Part shown: piece by piece, positions 25,485-35,271 of the stretch | How positions within the stretch are numbered: position 1 is the stretch's first letter | How the letters are laid out: every line of letters starts with the position of its first letter | Source of the DNA: Hylemonella sp. | GTDB lineage: Bacteria > Pseudomonadota > Gammaproteobacteria > Burkholderiales > Burkholderiaceae_C | Length of the DNA: 64,000 bases | Direction: 5' to 3' | Assembly (NCBI GenBank): GCA_040382055.1 | Contig: JBEIGE010000002.1 | Location: forward strand, 83,342-147,341 | Notes under the pieces: model-generated | What the model was told of the DNA's origin: nothing | Database searches by the model: none | Seen by the model: only the letters and a program-made list of their open reading frames with translations | Position numbers and translations under genes: made by a program

Positions 25485-26160
25485 CACCAAGGCCATGATT
25501 TCAACCCCCATGGAAGCCACCCGAATCATCGCCATACGCCATGGCGAAACCGACTGGAATGCGCAAACACGCATCCAGGGACATATTGACATCCCCCTGA
25601 ACGACAACGGGCGCTGGCAAGCGCAGCAATTGGCTCAAGCGCTGGTGACTGAAGATATTCAAGCCATTTACAGCAGTGATCTGGGGCGCGCGTATGAAAC
25701 GGCCAACAGCATCCGCCTGAGTCACCCGGCGCTCTTGAGCAAGCCCCCAATGCAGATCAAAGCCCTGCGAGAGCGCCACTTTGGCATGTTTGAAGGCAAG
25801 ACCTGGGCCGAGATTGAAACCGGCTGGCACGAACAAGCGTCGCGTTGGCGTCAGCGAGATGTGGACTTTGCTCCTGAAGGCGGCGAGAACCTGTTGCAGT
25901 TTCAGGCCCGCATCAGTGACATCACAAACCAACTTGCCGGTCAGCACATCGGGCAACAGATTGTGTTGGTCGCGCACGGTGGCGTCATGGATGTGCTGTA
26001 CCGGCTTGCCACCCGTCTTGACTTGCAAGCCCCCAGAACCTGGGCGCTGGGAAACACCGCCATCAATCGCCTGCTGTGGACACCTCAGGGAATGTCGCTG
26101 GTAGGCTGGTCCGATACAAGACACCTGGAGGACGAGGCGCACGATGAAGCCAGCCTATGA
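25468..26160 (+). CDS. Histidine phosphatase family protein (phosphoglycerate-mutase-like)
   Basis: RHGETDWN catalytic motif, and LVAHGGV for the second His. Start may be ATG 25495. Confidence 0.8.
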   Translation: MKSPDDTKAMISTPMEATRIIAIRHGETDWNAQTRIQGHIDIPLNDNGRWQAQQLAQALVTEDIQAIYSSDLGRAYETANSIRLSHPALLSKPPMQIKALRERHFGMFEGKTWAEIETGWHEQASRWRQRDVDFAPEGGENLLQFQARISDITNQLAGQHIGQQIVLVAHGGVMDVLYRLATRLDLQAPRTWALGNTAINRLLWTPQGMSLVGWSDTRHLEDEAHDEASL

Positions 26161-27313
26161 AGGACTGATTGGGAACCCTGTTGCCAGTATTGACACACCT
26201 GCTTTGGTGATTGACCTGGATGCGATGGAGCGCAACCTGCAACGCATGGCTGATTTCGCGAGCCAGCATGGCGTGAAGATGCGTCCACATGCCAAGATGC
26301 ACAAAAGCGCTGCCTTGGCCCTGCAGCAAATCCGGGCTGGCGCTGTGGGCATCTGTGTCCAAAAAACATCGGAGGCAGAAGCACTGGCTGCCGGTGGCGT
26401 GCACGATATTTACATCAGCAATGAGGTGGTTGGTTCGCAAAAATTGCAGCGCGTTGCTGCGCTTGCCCTTCAGCTCAAACTTTGCGGAGGTCGACTGGCC
26501 ATTGCTGTGGACAGCCTGGAAGGGATTGAGCGTTTAGCCACGGCCTGCCAGAATGCAGCGCCGCTGCACGGTGTCGGCTCAGGCGATTCTGTGATTGATG
26601 TCTTCATCGAACTCGATGTCGGCCATGGCCGCTGCGGCGTGTCCGAGCCTGCTGACGTGGTGCATCTGGCCCGCGAAATCCAGCGACATCCTGCCCTCAG
26701 GTTTGCAGGTATTCAGGCCTACCACGGCCGTGCGCAACACCTGCGCACGGTTGAGGAAAGAAAACTCACGCTGCACAGCGTATTGGCACGGATCAAGACC
26801 ACCACAGCCTTGCTCAGTGCTGCCGGACTTGAAGCGGGCTTGATCACCGGTGCGGGCACCGGTACGTTTGGTCTGGAGGCAGGCAGTGGCGTTTATGGCG
26901 AACTTCAGGTGGGCTCTTACCTGTTCATGGATGTCGACTACACACGCAACCAAGCGGATCCAAACCAGCCGCAATTTGAGCATGCCCTGTTTGTCAAATC
27001 CCAGGTGATGAGTGTGAGCGCAAAGCACGCCGTGTGTGATGCCGGCCACAAAAGCCACGCCATTGATTCCGGCCTGCCGCTTGTCCATGGTGCGGCGTTG
27101 GACTACACCGGCTGCAGCGACGAGCATGGCACGCTCGTGCCCAAAGCCGCGAATCTGCCGGTTCCTGCGCTGGGCGATGTGGTCTGGCTGATACCTGGTC
27201 ATTGCGATCCGACCGTGAATCTGCACGACTTCATGATCGGTGTGCGTGGCGGACTCGATCAGGGTATTGTGGAGCAGATCATCGCCGTGGATTCGCGCGG
27301 GGCGCTGACCTGA
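26144..27313 (+). CDS. DSD1-family PLP enzyme (D-serine dehydratase / D-threonine aldolase-like, alanine-racemase N-terminal fold)
   Basis: TPALVIDLDAMERNL...RPHAKMHKS (PLP-Lys) ... C-terminal HCDPTVNL is typical of the metal-activated DSD1 family. Confidence 0.7.
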   Translation: MKPAYEGLIGNPVASIDTPALVIDLDAMERNLQRMADFASQHGVKMRPHAKMHKSAALALQQIRAGAVGICVQKTSEAEALAAGGVHDIYISNEVVGSQKLQRVAALALQLKLCGGRLAIAVDSLEGIERLATACQNAAPLHGVGSGDSVIDVFIELDVGHGRCGVSEPADVVHLAREIQRHPALRFAGIQAYHGRAQHLRTVEERKLTLHSVLARIKTTTALLSAAGLEAGLITGAGTGTFGLEAGSGVYGELQVGSYLFMDVDYTRNQADPNQPQFEHALFVKSQVMSVSAKHAVCDAGHKSHAIDSGLPLVHGAALDYTGCSDEHGTLVPKAANLPVPALGDVVWLIPGHCDPTVNLHDFMIGVRGGLDQGIVEQIIAVDSRGALT

Positions 27314-27321
27314 TTTCCGTC

Positions 27322-28002
27322 TTAGGCTGACTTGATCTGACCGTCAACCAGTTCGACCAGTCGGTCGCAACGCTGGGCCAGGCGCTGGTCATGGGTGACA
27401 ACCATAAAGGAGGTGCCTTGCTCCTTGTGTATTTTGCGCAAAAGCACGAACACCTCGTCGGACGAGGCCGTGTCTAGGTTACCGGTTGGCTCATCGGCCA
27501 ACACCAAAGGCGGATTCAAGGCTAGCGCCCGGGCGATGGCCACGCGCTGCTGCATGCCGCCGGACAATTCTGCCGGCCGCTTCTTCATGGCATTGGCCAG
27601 CCCCACCGCAGCCAACAGCGCACGTGCGCGCTCGAGGTTGGCTGCGCTCACAAAACCTTCACTCAACAGTGCCGGAAGCGTCACGTTTTCAAGCGCATTA
27701 AAGGCAGGCAACAAGTGATGAAACTGGAATACAAAGCCCAGAGAGCGACGCCGTCGCAGTGTCAACGCGGTGTCATCCAAATCGCCAACGGCCTCACCCA
27801 TGAGCAAGTAGCTGCCTGTTGACATGCGTTCAAGCAAGCCGATGATGTTGAGCAAAGTGCTTTTGCCCGAACCTGAGGGGCCCATCAAGGCAATGAATTC
27901 ACCCGCATGGACCTGTAAGGACACGCCATGCAAGACCTCGGCTTCATTGGGCTGGCCCAGGTTGTAACTCTTGCGGATATCCTTGAGTTCCAGCAACATC
28001 AC
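27322..28002 (-). CDS. ABC transporter ATP-binding protein (MacB/LolD-type)
   Basis: Walker A GPSGSGKST, signature LSGGMQQR, Walker B LVLADEPT. Confidence 0.85.
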   Translation of the reverse strand: MMLLELKDIRKSYNLGQPNEAEVLHGVSLQVHAGEFIALMGPSGSGKSTLLNIIGLLERMSTGSYLLMGEAVGDLDDTALTLRRRRSLGFVFQFHHLLPAFNALENVTLPALLSEGFVSAANLERARALLAAVGLANAMKKRPAELSGGMQQRVAIARALALNPPLVLADEPTGNLDTASSDEVFVLLRKIHKEQGTSFMVVTHDQRLAQRCDRLVELVDGQIKSA

Positions 28003-28017
28003 GCAGGCCTGTTCATA

Positions 28018-29244
28018 CTAGATGCGAATAGCCCGTGCCGGGTCCATGGCTGCAGCGCGGCGGGCCGGCGCGATGGCAGCCAAAACGCCACTGACCGATG
28101 CCACCAGTGCCACCTGGAGAGCGAGCAGCCATGGCAAGCCAATGACAAAGAGGGGAAGGCCATCGGCTCCCCGGACAAAGGCCGAGAACAGCCAGATCAT
28201 GATCAGCGCCAACAGCAGGCCCAGCAACGAGCCCAATATACCCACCACAGCCCCTTGCACCAGAAAAATCCTAAGAATCTGGTGGCGCGTGGCACCCATG
28301 GCACGCAAGATGCCGATTTCACGCTGTTTTTGAACCACCGAGACCACCAGGACGCTGGCGATGCCCAGTACCACCACTGCCAGCACCACGCCCCGGATGA
28401 GCGTGGTGCTGACCGACTGGGCATTGAGGGCTGAAACCAACTGGGCATTGCTCTCTTGCCAACTCTCCACCTTGGCAGGAAACTGCTGGCGCAGTGTCAA
28501 GGCCAGGTCGTTGGCGCGCCAGACATCGCGCACCGTCAGGTCCAGGTTGGTCACGCCGCCCGGCAAGCTGAGCAAATTCTGTGCTGCGCGCAAGGGGACG
28601 ATCACAGTACGACGGTTCAGGTCTTTGACCCCCAGGTCTACCAGCGCCGTCACGCGCACCGAGTCACTCACCGTCACGTTGCCCGCGCCTGTTTGCACCG
28701 TCAAACGATCCCCGACTCGCACCCCCAGATCCAAAGCGAGCTGTTGGCCCACAATGGCCTCGCCCGGCGACAAGCGGGCTTCACCACTGACCACCTTGCT
28801 GCGCAGATTGACGACCCGGTCGTAACGGTCCAAATCAACACCGAGCAAGGCCATGGAAACACTGGCCTCTCCACGCAACGCCAAACCAGCACCGACCACC
28901 ATGGGCGACACGCCAATAATCTCCGGCATGCGTTCCAGCAGGGGCACCAGGGACTGCCAATTGGCAACCGAGCGCAAGCGCTGGGCCCGAGGCTGGGTTT
29001 GCGTCAGAATTGTCAACCCGGTTTCAGGCTCGCGAGCTGGGAAGACCACATCGTCAAGAACACGAATCGAAATGTGCGCCTGTGCGCCCAGGGTTTTGGT
29101 CAGCGTGGAAGTTTGCAAGCCACTGATCAGCGCAGATATATAGGCAATCACCGCCACACCAGCGGCGACACCCACGATGATCAGCAGTGTTTGCATGCGC
29201 CCTTCACGCAAAAAACGCAGGGCCACACGAAATTCAAAACCCAC
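28018..29244 (-). CDS. ABC transporter permease, FtsX/MacB-type with periplasmic domain
   Basis: N-terminal FRVALRFLREGR plus TM1, a periplasmic domain of about 220 aa, and a C-terminal FtsX 3-TM bundle. Confidence 0.8.
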   Translation of the reverse strand: MGFEFRVALRFLREGRMQTLLIIVGVAAGVAVIAYISALISGLQTSTLTKTLGAQAHISIRVLDDVVFPAREPETGLTILTQTQPRAQRLRSVANWQSLVPLLERMPEIIGVSPMVVGAGLALRGEASVSMALLGVDLDRYDRVVNLRSKVVSGEARLSPGEAIVGQQLALDLGVRVGDRLTVQTGAGNVTVSDSVRVTALVDLGVKDLNRRTVIVPLRAAQNLLSLPGGVTNLDLTVRDVWRANDLALTLRQQFPAKVESWQESNAQLVSALNAQSVSTTLIRGVVLAVVVLGIASVLVVSVVQKQREIGILRAMGATRHQILRIFLVQGAVVGILGSLLGLLLALIMIWLFSAFVRGADGLPLFVIGLPWLLALQVALVASVSGVLAAIAPARRAAAMDPARAIRI

Positions 29245-30564
29245 CTAGCGCCCCATGGCGTTGGACATCGCAGCGCCAGCATCTTCACCAGGGGCCTGAG
29301 ACGTGCTTTGGCTGGGTTGCCAAGGCAACGGCATTACCCGCACCCGCTGATTGACTGAAACAGCGGAGGATGTCTTGTTTCCGAGAAGTACCACGTCACC
29401 GGGGGCCAGACCCTGGACAACTTCGACCGCCTCCAGGGTGCGCAGACCAAGCTGGACATCTCTGCTTTGCACTTTTCCGTCAACCACGACAAAAACCCGT
29501 GACATGGCGGTGGCTTGAGAGGCTCTCGCGGAACTGACCACAGCGCGCAATGCACTCAGTGGCAGCACCAGGGTGTTGTCACGCCGGGCGGTTTCAACCT
29601 CAGCAGACAAGGTCATGTCTTCACGTAAAAAAGCAGGAGGGTCTTGCAACAGCGCGAACTTGACTTCTATGGCACCGCGCTGCGGATCCACGGCCGGAGA
29701 AATACTCAAAACACGGGCAGAAAACCGCTGGCCAGGAAAAGCATCTGCAAGCACAGCGGCTGTTTGCCCAACCTGCAGTTGGTCCAGAAAGCGTTCATCC
29801 ACCTGGGCGATCAACTGGGTAGGACCGCTCATGGCCAGGCTCATCAAGGCTTGGCCAGGCTGAACAATCTGGCCAGGCTCCACTGCACGGGACAGCACCC
29901 GGGCTGCAGCCGGCGCTGTGACGGTGGTTTGCTTCAGGCGTGCCTGAGCAGCCTGAGCGGCAGCCCGGGATAACTGAACCTGGGCTTGGGCCTGGACAAT
30001 GTCGGTGCCGGATTCACCAATAGCGGCAATCTGGGCTTGGGCGCTGGCTTTTTGGGCCAAGGCGACATCCAACACGCGCCGGGCTTCATCCAGGCGGGAG
30101 TCGCTGACAAAGCCTTGCGACACCAGTTGCTGTGTGCGCATGAATTCAGCCCGTGCACCAGCCACCGTGGCATCTGCCTGCGCCACTGCGGCCACCACTG
30201 AATCGCGACCCGAGCTTCGCAAGCCTGCCAATCGGGCTTCGACCTGCTGTTGCGTAGCCGTGGCTTGTGCCAATGCCAAGCGTAACTCGTCAGACTCCAG
30301 TTGCACCAAGAGCTGGCCCGGCTCCACCCATGCACCCTCGTGCACTTTTACCGCCAACACACGGCCGGTGAGGGTACTGCCCACTTCAACGCGTGACAAG
30401 GTTGCCACACGCGCTGAAAACTGCAGGGTGCGCACCAGCGGGAAGGATTTAACCTCAACAACCTCGACCTTGGGGCCTTGCGACTTTAACCCGAAGAAAA
30501 TTAAAACGCCCACCAACACCGCTATCAACAGAAACCAGACCCAGCGATTTTTAGGCAAACTCAT
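29245..30564 (-). CDS. HlyD-family periplasmic adaptor (membrane fusion protein)
   Basis: N-terminal anchor WVWFLLIAVLVGVLIFF, coiled-coil hairpin, barrel-sandwich and beta-barrel regions. Start is ATG 30564, or TTG 30600 overlapping the ruvB stop (TTGA). Confidence 0.8.
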   Translation of the reverse strand: MSLPKNRWVWFLLIAVLVGVLIFFGLKSQGPKVEVVEVKSFPLVRTLQFSARVATLSRVEVGSTLTGRVLAVKVHEGAWVEPGQLLVQLESDELRLALAQATATQQQVEARLAGLRSSGRDSVVAAVAQADATVAGARAEFMRTQQLVSQGFVSDSRLDEARRVLDVALAQKASAQAQIAAIGESGTDIVQAQAQVQLSRAAAQAAQARLKQTTVTAPAAARVLSRAVEPGQIVQPGQALMSLAMSGPTQLIAQVDERFLDQLQVGQTAAVLADAFPGQRFSARVLSISPAVDPQRGAIEVKFALLQDPPAFLREDMTLSAEVETARRDNTLVLPLSALRAVVSSARASQATAMSRVFVVVDGKVQSRDVQLGLRTLEAVEVVQGLAPGDVVLLGNKTSSAVSVNQRVRVMPLPWQPSQSTSQAPGEDAGAAMSNAMGR

Positions 30565-30596
30565 ATCAGGAAAAAACGCTGTAATGCAATGGGTGA

Positions 30597-31655
30597 TCAA
30601 CCTTGAAAAAGGCCCCCATTGGTTTGGGGTGGGGTAACGCCAAGATGGCGGTAAGCTGCCAGTGTAGCAATGCGTCCGCGCGGGGTACGCTGCAAAAAAC
30701 CCTGCTGAATCAGAAAGGGTTCAATCACGTCTTCAATCGTTTCCCGCTCCTCGCCGATGCTTGCCGCAATGTTGTCCAACCCGACAGGCCCGCCGTCGAA
30801 GCGGTGAATCACGGCTTCCAGCAACTTGCGGTCCATCACATCGAAGCCCTGGGGATCCACGTCGAGCATAGCCAGCGCCAGGTTGGCAATCTCAAGGTTG
30901 ATCTGCCCGGTGCCCTTGACCTGCGCATAGTCACGCACCCGTCGTAGCAGTCGGTTTGCAATTCTGGGTGTGCCACGGGACCGGCGTGCGATCTCAAATC
31001 CGCCAGTTTCGTCCAGCGGCACATTCAACAAACCGGCACTGCGCCTCACGATGCGCGCCAACTCTTCAGAGGTGTAAAACTCAAGCCGCGCCACAATGCC
31101 GAAACGGTCACGCAAGGGGTTGGTCAACATGCCCGCGCGGGTGGTGGCCCCCACCAGCGTGAAGGGTTGCAAATCCAGCTTGATCGATCGTGCAGCAGGA
31201 CCCTCGCCAATCATGATGTCAATCTGATAGTCCTCCAGCGCGGGGTACAGGATTTCTTCTACAACGGGCGACAGGCGATGTATTTCATCAATGAACAACA
31301 CATCATTTTTCTCAAGATTGGTCAACAGGGCGGCCAGGTCTTTTGGCTTTTCCAGCACCGGGCCACTGGTCTGGCGCAAATTCACACCCAGCTCATGGGC
31401 AATGATGTGTGACAAGGTCGTCTTGCCCAGACCCGGGGGGCCAAATAACAATACATGGTCGAGTGCCTCATCACGCTGACGGGCCGCTCCTATGAAAATT
31501 TCCAGCTGTTCACGCACCTTGGCCTGGCCAACATAGTCATCGAGCAGCTTGGGGCGAAGCGCGCGCTCAATGGCTTCTTCTCCCGGCATAACCGGCGCAG
31601 CAGACACCATCCGGCTGGCGGAAGATACTGAAAAATCGTCAGTCTGGATACTCAC
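30597..31655 (-). CDS. ruvB: Holliday junction branch-migration DNA helicase RuvB
   Basis: [12 protein letters not shown], Walker [10 protein letters not shown], Walker B DEIHRL, and a C-terminal winged helix. Confidence 0.95.
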   Translation of the reverse strand: MSIQTDDFSVSSASRMVSAAPVMPGEEAIERALRPKLLDDYVGQAKVREQLEIFIGAARQRDEALDHVLLFGPPGLGKTTLSHIIAHELGVNLRQTSGPVLEKPKDLAALLTNLEKNDVLFIDEIHRLSPVVEEILYPALEDYQIDIMIGEGPAARSIKLDLQPFTLVGATTRAGMLTNPLRDRFGIVARLEFYTSEELARIVRRSAGLLNVPLDETGGFEIARRSRGTPRIANRLLRRVRDYAQVKGTGQINLEIANLALAMLDVDPQGFDVMDRKLLEAVIHRFDGGPVGLDNIAASIGEERETIEDVIEPFLIQQGFLQRTPRGRIATLAAYRHLGVTPPQTNGGLFQG

Positions 31656-31866
31656 AGCGTAGGTGTTTCATGAAAGTTGTACCTCTGTTGAGGAACGGTC
31701 CTTGACTATAGCCGCCAGTGCATCAGGTTGGCCAATGACTCAAAGATAAGTCTGCTTGCAGCTCAAGAAGTGCGCTGGATTGCCGATAAAACCATAACTC
31801 CTTAATGCTTCTTTAACGCTGACTGCTTTGCTGCACAGTTTATTTGCCCGTTCTGTCGGGTCAGAC

Positions 31867-33018
31867 ATGGCGCTCACGATTCATTTTCTTACCGCAGGAA
31901 CATCCTTATCCGGCCTCAAGCAAAGGCTGGCAGGCGGTGGGCTGAGCCTGTTGTTCCTGACTCCCCTGATGGCCACGGAAACCCCGGACAAGTCCACTGC
32001 AGCAACCAAATCAAGTGCTGTCAAACCATCCAGCGAGAGCAATACATCCGCAAAGGAAATGGGCAACCGTGTACGTGAAGCGCTGGAAAGCAGCGACGGC
32101 GTCAAAAAACGACTCACCCTGACCCTTGACGGGAAAGACGCGAGGCTCACACCACCTGCTGTCAAAGGGCAAGCCTTACCCGCTGAAGCTGCCAGAAAAC
32201 CTATTGCCTCAGAATCAGAGCGCGCAACTTTGATTAAGCCCGCCCCCGGCGCCCTCTCAAATCCGCTGGACAGTCGCAACCAGTTCCTGGTGCGTGTCAA
32301 GCCCGCCATTCCCAAGCCAACCAGCCCAAGTCCTGCCGCACACTGGAGCTATGAGGGGGAAACTGGCCCGGATTCCTGGGGCAAACTCAAACCCGAATAC
32401 AGCATGTGCGCCAATGGCACACGGCAGTCACCCATACACATTGATCAGAGCATGACCTTGCAAGGCCCGGCCGAAATGATCCAATTCGACTACCAGCCCA
32501 GTGGCGCCACAGTGGTTAACAACGGCCGTACGATTCAAGTGAATATCGAGGGTGAGAACAGCATGACGGTGCGGGGCTCGAACTACAAGCTGGTGCAGTT
32601 TCACTTTCACCATCCGTCCGAGGAACGGATCAACAACAAAACCTACGCCATGTCAGCGCATCTGGTGCACCGCAACCAGGAAGGACAACTGGCCATATTG
32701 GCCATACTTTTTGACACCGGTCCGGCCAATGCGTTGATTAACAAAGTCTGGACATACATGCCGCTCGACAAAAACGACGCGGTAAGGGTTCCACCCGGTC
32801 AACTTGACCTGAACCAGGTCTTGCCCAAAGACTTGCGCTACTTCCAGTTTTTGGGCTCACTGACCACACCGCCATGCACCGAAGGCGTGTTGTGGATGGT
32901 TTTGAAGCAGACCGTTACGCTCAGCACTGAGCAACTGAGACTTTTCGGACAGATTTATCCAAACAATGTGCGACCAGTTCAGCCCCTGAATGATCGCGCG
33001 GTAAGAGACGCTCAGTAA
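31867..33018 (+). CDS. Alpha-class carbonic anhydrase with ~170-aa N-terminal extension
   Basis: HWSYEGETGPDSWG...QSPIHI...QFHFHHPSEE...AHLVH...GSLTTPPCTEGV are alpha-CA hallmarks, including the three Zn histidines. The N-terminus has a hydrophobic segment, then a Ser/Lys/Ala/Pro-rich region. Start is ATG 31867, or TTG 31828 per the track. Confidence 0.85.
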   Translation: MALTIHFLTAGTSLSGLKQRLAGGGLSLLFLTPLMATETPDKSTAATKSSAVKPSSESNTSAKEMGNRVREALESSDGVKKRLTLTLDGKDARLTPPAVKGQALPAEAARKPIASESERATLIKPAPGALSNPLDSRNQFLVRVKPAIPKPTSPSPAAHWSYEGETGPDSWGKLKPEYSMCANGTRQSPIHIDQSMTLQGPAEMIQFDYQPSGATVVNNGRTIQVNIEGENSMTVRGSNYKLVQFHFHHPSEERINNKTYAMSAHLVHRNQEGQLAILAILFDTGPANALINKVWTYMPLDKNDAVRVPPGQLDLNQVLPKDLRYFQFLGSLTTPPCTEGVLWMVLKQTVTLSTEQLRLFGQIYPNNVRPVQPLNDRAVRDAQ

Positions 33019-33033
33019 CCAACGTGCTGACCG

Positions 33034-33606
33034 TTACCTGGCCAGCGATTTGAGCGCCAGTTTGATCCCCTCGCTGACACCGATCTCCTGGGGCAAAACT
33101 TTCAACGAGGCCGCAGCCTCCTTGTCGCTGTATCCCAGGGCCAACAAGGCTTGCAAAATGTCTGACTGGGCATGGCTGCCGGGACTCACCGCAGTACCCA
33201 TGTCGGAACCGAGCTTGCCCTTGAGCTCAAGCAACAGCCGCTCTGCTGTTTTTTTGCCGATCCCTGGCACCTTGACCAACCGCCCGGCCTCTTGCAGGGT
33301 GATCGCCTGGGACAGATCGTCCACGCTCATCCCGGAGAGCACAGCCAGCGCCGTGCGTGGCCCAACACCACTGATCTTGATCAGTTGTTTGAACGCCTCA
33401 CGCTCGGGGGCCGTGCCAAAGCCGAAAAGAATTTGTGCGTCTTCCCGCACCACAAAGTGGGTCAGCAGGGTCACTTTTTCTTCCAGTCCCGGCAGGTTGT
33501 AGAACGTGCTCATGGAGACCTGAACTTCATAGCCCAGTCCATTGCAATCGACCAGCACCTGGGGCGGATTTTTTTCGACGAGTGTTCCCGTGATCCTGCC
33601 GATCAT
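33034..33606 (-). CDS. ruvA: Holliday junction DNA-binding protein RuvA
   Basis: MIGRITGTL...GLGYEV, two HhH motifs ([21 protein letters not shown]), and C-terminal domain III. Confidence 0.93.
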   Translation of the reverse strand: MIGRITGTLVEKNPPQVLVDCNGLGYEVQVSMSTFYNLPGLEEKVTLLTHFVVREDAQILFGFGTAPEREAFKQLIKISGVGPRTALAVLSGMSVDDLSQAITLQEAGRLVKVPGIGKKTAERLLLELKGKLGSDMGTAVSPGSHAQSDILQALLALGYSDKEAAASLKVLPQEIGVSEGIKLALKSLAR

Positions 33607-33704
33607 GTTGGTGCCCGCATGACCGTCAAATACGATTGCATCGCGGCCTGAGTAATACTGTGAGTCATGTTGCCTATGATTGAAACTTTTGAGGAATTAT
33701 CAGC

Positions 33705-34640
33705 TTGATTCTGCGCCACCTGTTCTCCCCCCTTAACAACAACCGCTTGTCCCATTTGTGCGGCCCCATGGATACACATTTGCGAACGATTGAGTCTGCC
33801 TTGCAGGTCAAGATTGCGCACCGGCATGAGCAGTTCAAGGTTGACGGCACCAAAGCCAATGCCAAGCGGGGCATGGAGATGTTGCAGGCCCTCTACGAGA
33901 TGGCTGCGAGTCCCATCGACAAGCACACCTTGCAACTGATGCTCGCTGGTGACCCCGAGTTGGCTCAGAGCCCCTCAGAAGCACTGCAAACGCGGCGCTC
34001 CGATTTGAGGGCGCGCACCTTGAATCAGGCCAACTACCTGGACACGATGACCCGCCAGGACATCACTTTCGGCATTGGCCCGGCAGGAACCGGCAAAACC
34101 TATCTGGCTGTGGCATGTGCCGTCGATGCCCTGGAACGCAGCGTCGTACAACGCATTGTGTTGACGCGGCCAGCTGTTGAAGCCGGTGAGCGCCTGGGTT
34201 TTCTGCCGGGTGATTTGACACAAAAAATCGATCCCTACCTACGGCCTCTCTACGACGCACTCTACGAGCTCATGGGGTTTGAGAAGGTACTAAAAGCCTT
34301 TGAGCGCCAGGCCCTTGAGATTGCACCGCTGGCCTTCATGCGCGGACGCACCTTGAACAATGCCTTCATTATTCTGGACGAGGCACAGAACACCACCCCG
34401 GAACAGATGAAGATGTTTCTCACCCGCATAGGCTTTGGCTCCCGGGCGGTTGTCACCGGGGATGTGAGTCAGATAGACCTGCCCAAAACCCAGCTGAGTG
34501 GCTTGATTGACGCCGAACGGGTGCTCAGCAGGGTCGAAGGAATAGGCATTTGCCGATTTACCAGTGCTGATGTGGTGCGCCATCCCTTGGTGGCGCGTAT
34601 TGTGGATGCCTATGACGCTCCGAAAAAGCGGTCTCCCTGA
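33705..34640 (+). CDS. phoH: PhoH-family ATPase (YbeZ-like)
   Basis: Walker A GPAGTGKTYLAV, Walker B FIILDEAQN. TTG start. Followed by ybeY, as in the conserved ybeZ-ybeY arrangement. Confidence 0.85.
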   Translation: MILRHLFSPLNNNRLSHLCGPMDTHLRTIESALQVKIAHRHEQFKVDGTKANAKRGMEMLQALYEMAASPIDKHTLQLMLAGDPELAQSPSEALQTRRSDLRARTLNQANYLDTMTRQDITFGIGPAGTGKTYLAVACAVDALERSVVQRIVLTRPAVEAGERLGFLPGDLTQKIDPYLRPLYDALYELMGFEKVLKAFERQALEIAPLAFMRGRTLNNAFIILDEAQNTTPEQMKMFLTRIGFGSRAVVTGDVSQIDLPKTQLSGLIDAERVLSRVEGIGICRFTSADVVRHPLVARIVDAYDAPKKRSP

Positions 34641-34758
34641 TCAAATCGGTTTCATGTTTACCCATCACAGAGAAGTTTCCCTTGCTGTATTTTTCCTATT
34701 TTTGTAGCATCTGAATCAATTTCCATAAGGGGAAACGGCTATAACTCGTCTGAATCAT

Positions 34759-35208
34759 TTGATACTGTCTTTGCAATACGGCCGATTTGACGGCATGGTG
34801 CAGCACCGCCTTGCGCTGCCACGCCACAAGGTCATCCGCTGGATCCGGCATGCCCTGCAGACCGACGCAGAAATGACAGTGCGCATTGTTGGTCTCGAGG
34901 AAGGCAAGACGCTGAACCGTGACTACCGTCAGAAGGATTACGCCACCAATGTGCTGACTTTTGACTACGCACGGCAGCCTACGGTGATGGCTGACCTGGT
35001 GCTATGCGCCCCGGTGATTGCCAGGGAGGCACTCGAAAACGGTCGATCACTTCAGGCCCATTACGCCCACTTGCTGGTTCATGGCGCCCTGCATGCCCAG
35101 GGCTGGGATCACGACACCAATGAATCGGACGCCATCGCCATGGAAGCCAGAGAGGCAGAAATCCTGGGCCGCCTGGGATTCAAAAACCCATACGCCGAAG
35201 GCGACTGA
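34759..35208 (+). CDS. ybeY: rRNA maturation endoribonuclease YbeY
   Basis: Zn motif HGALHAQGWDH. TTG start. Confidence 0.85.
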   Translation: MILSLQYGRFDGMVQHRLALPRHKVIRWIRHALQTDAEMTVRIVGLEEGKTLNRDYRQKDYATNVLTFDYARQPTVMADLVLCAPVIAREALENGRSLQAHYAHLLVHGALHAQGWDHDTNESDAIAMEAREAEILGRLGFKNPYAEGD

Positions 35209-35271
35209 GCGGGAAATTTGGACACGTGCAGGATAGAAGGCAAGGGGAAGGTGCTTGTCAGGCCTGAGGTT

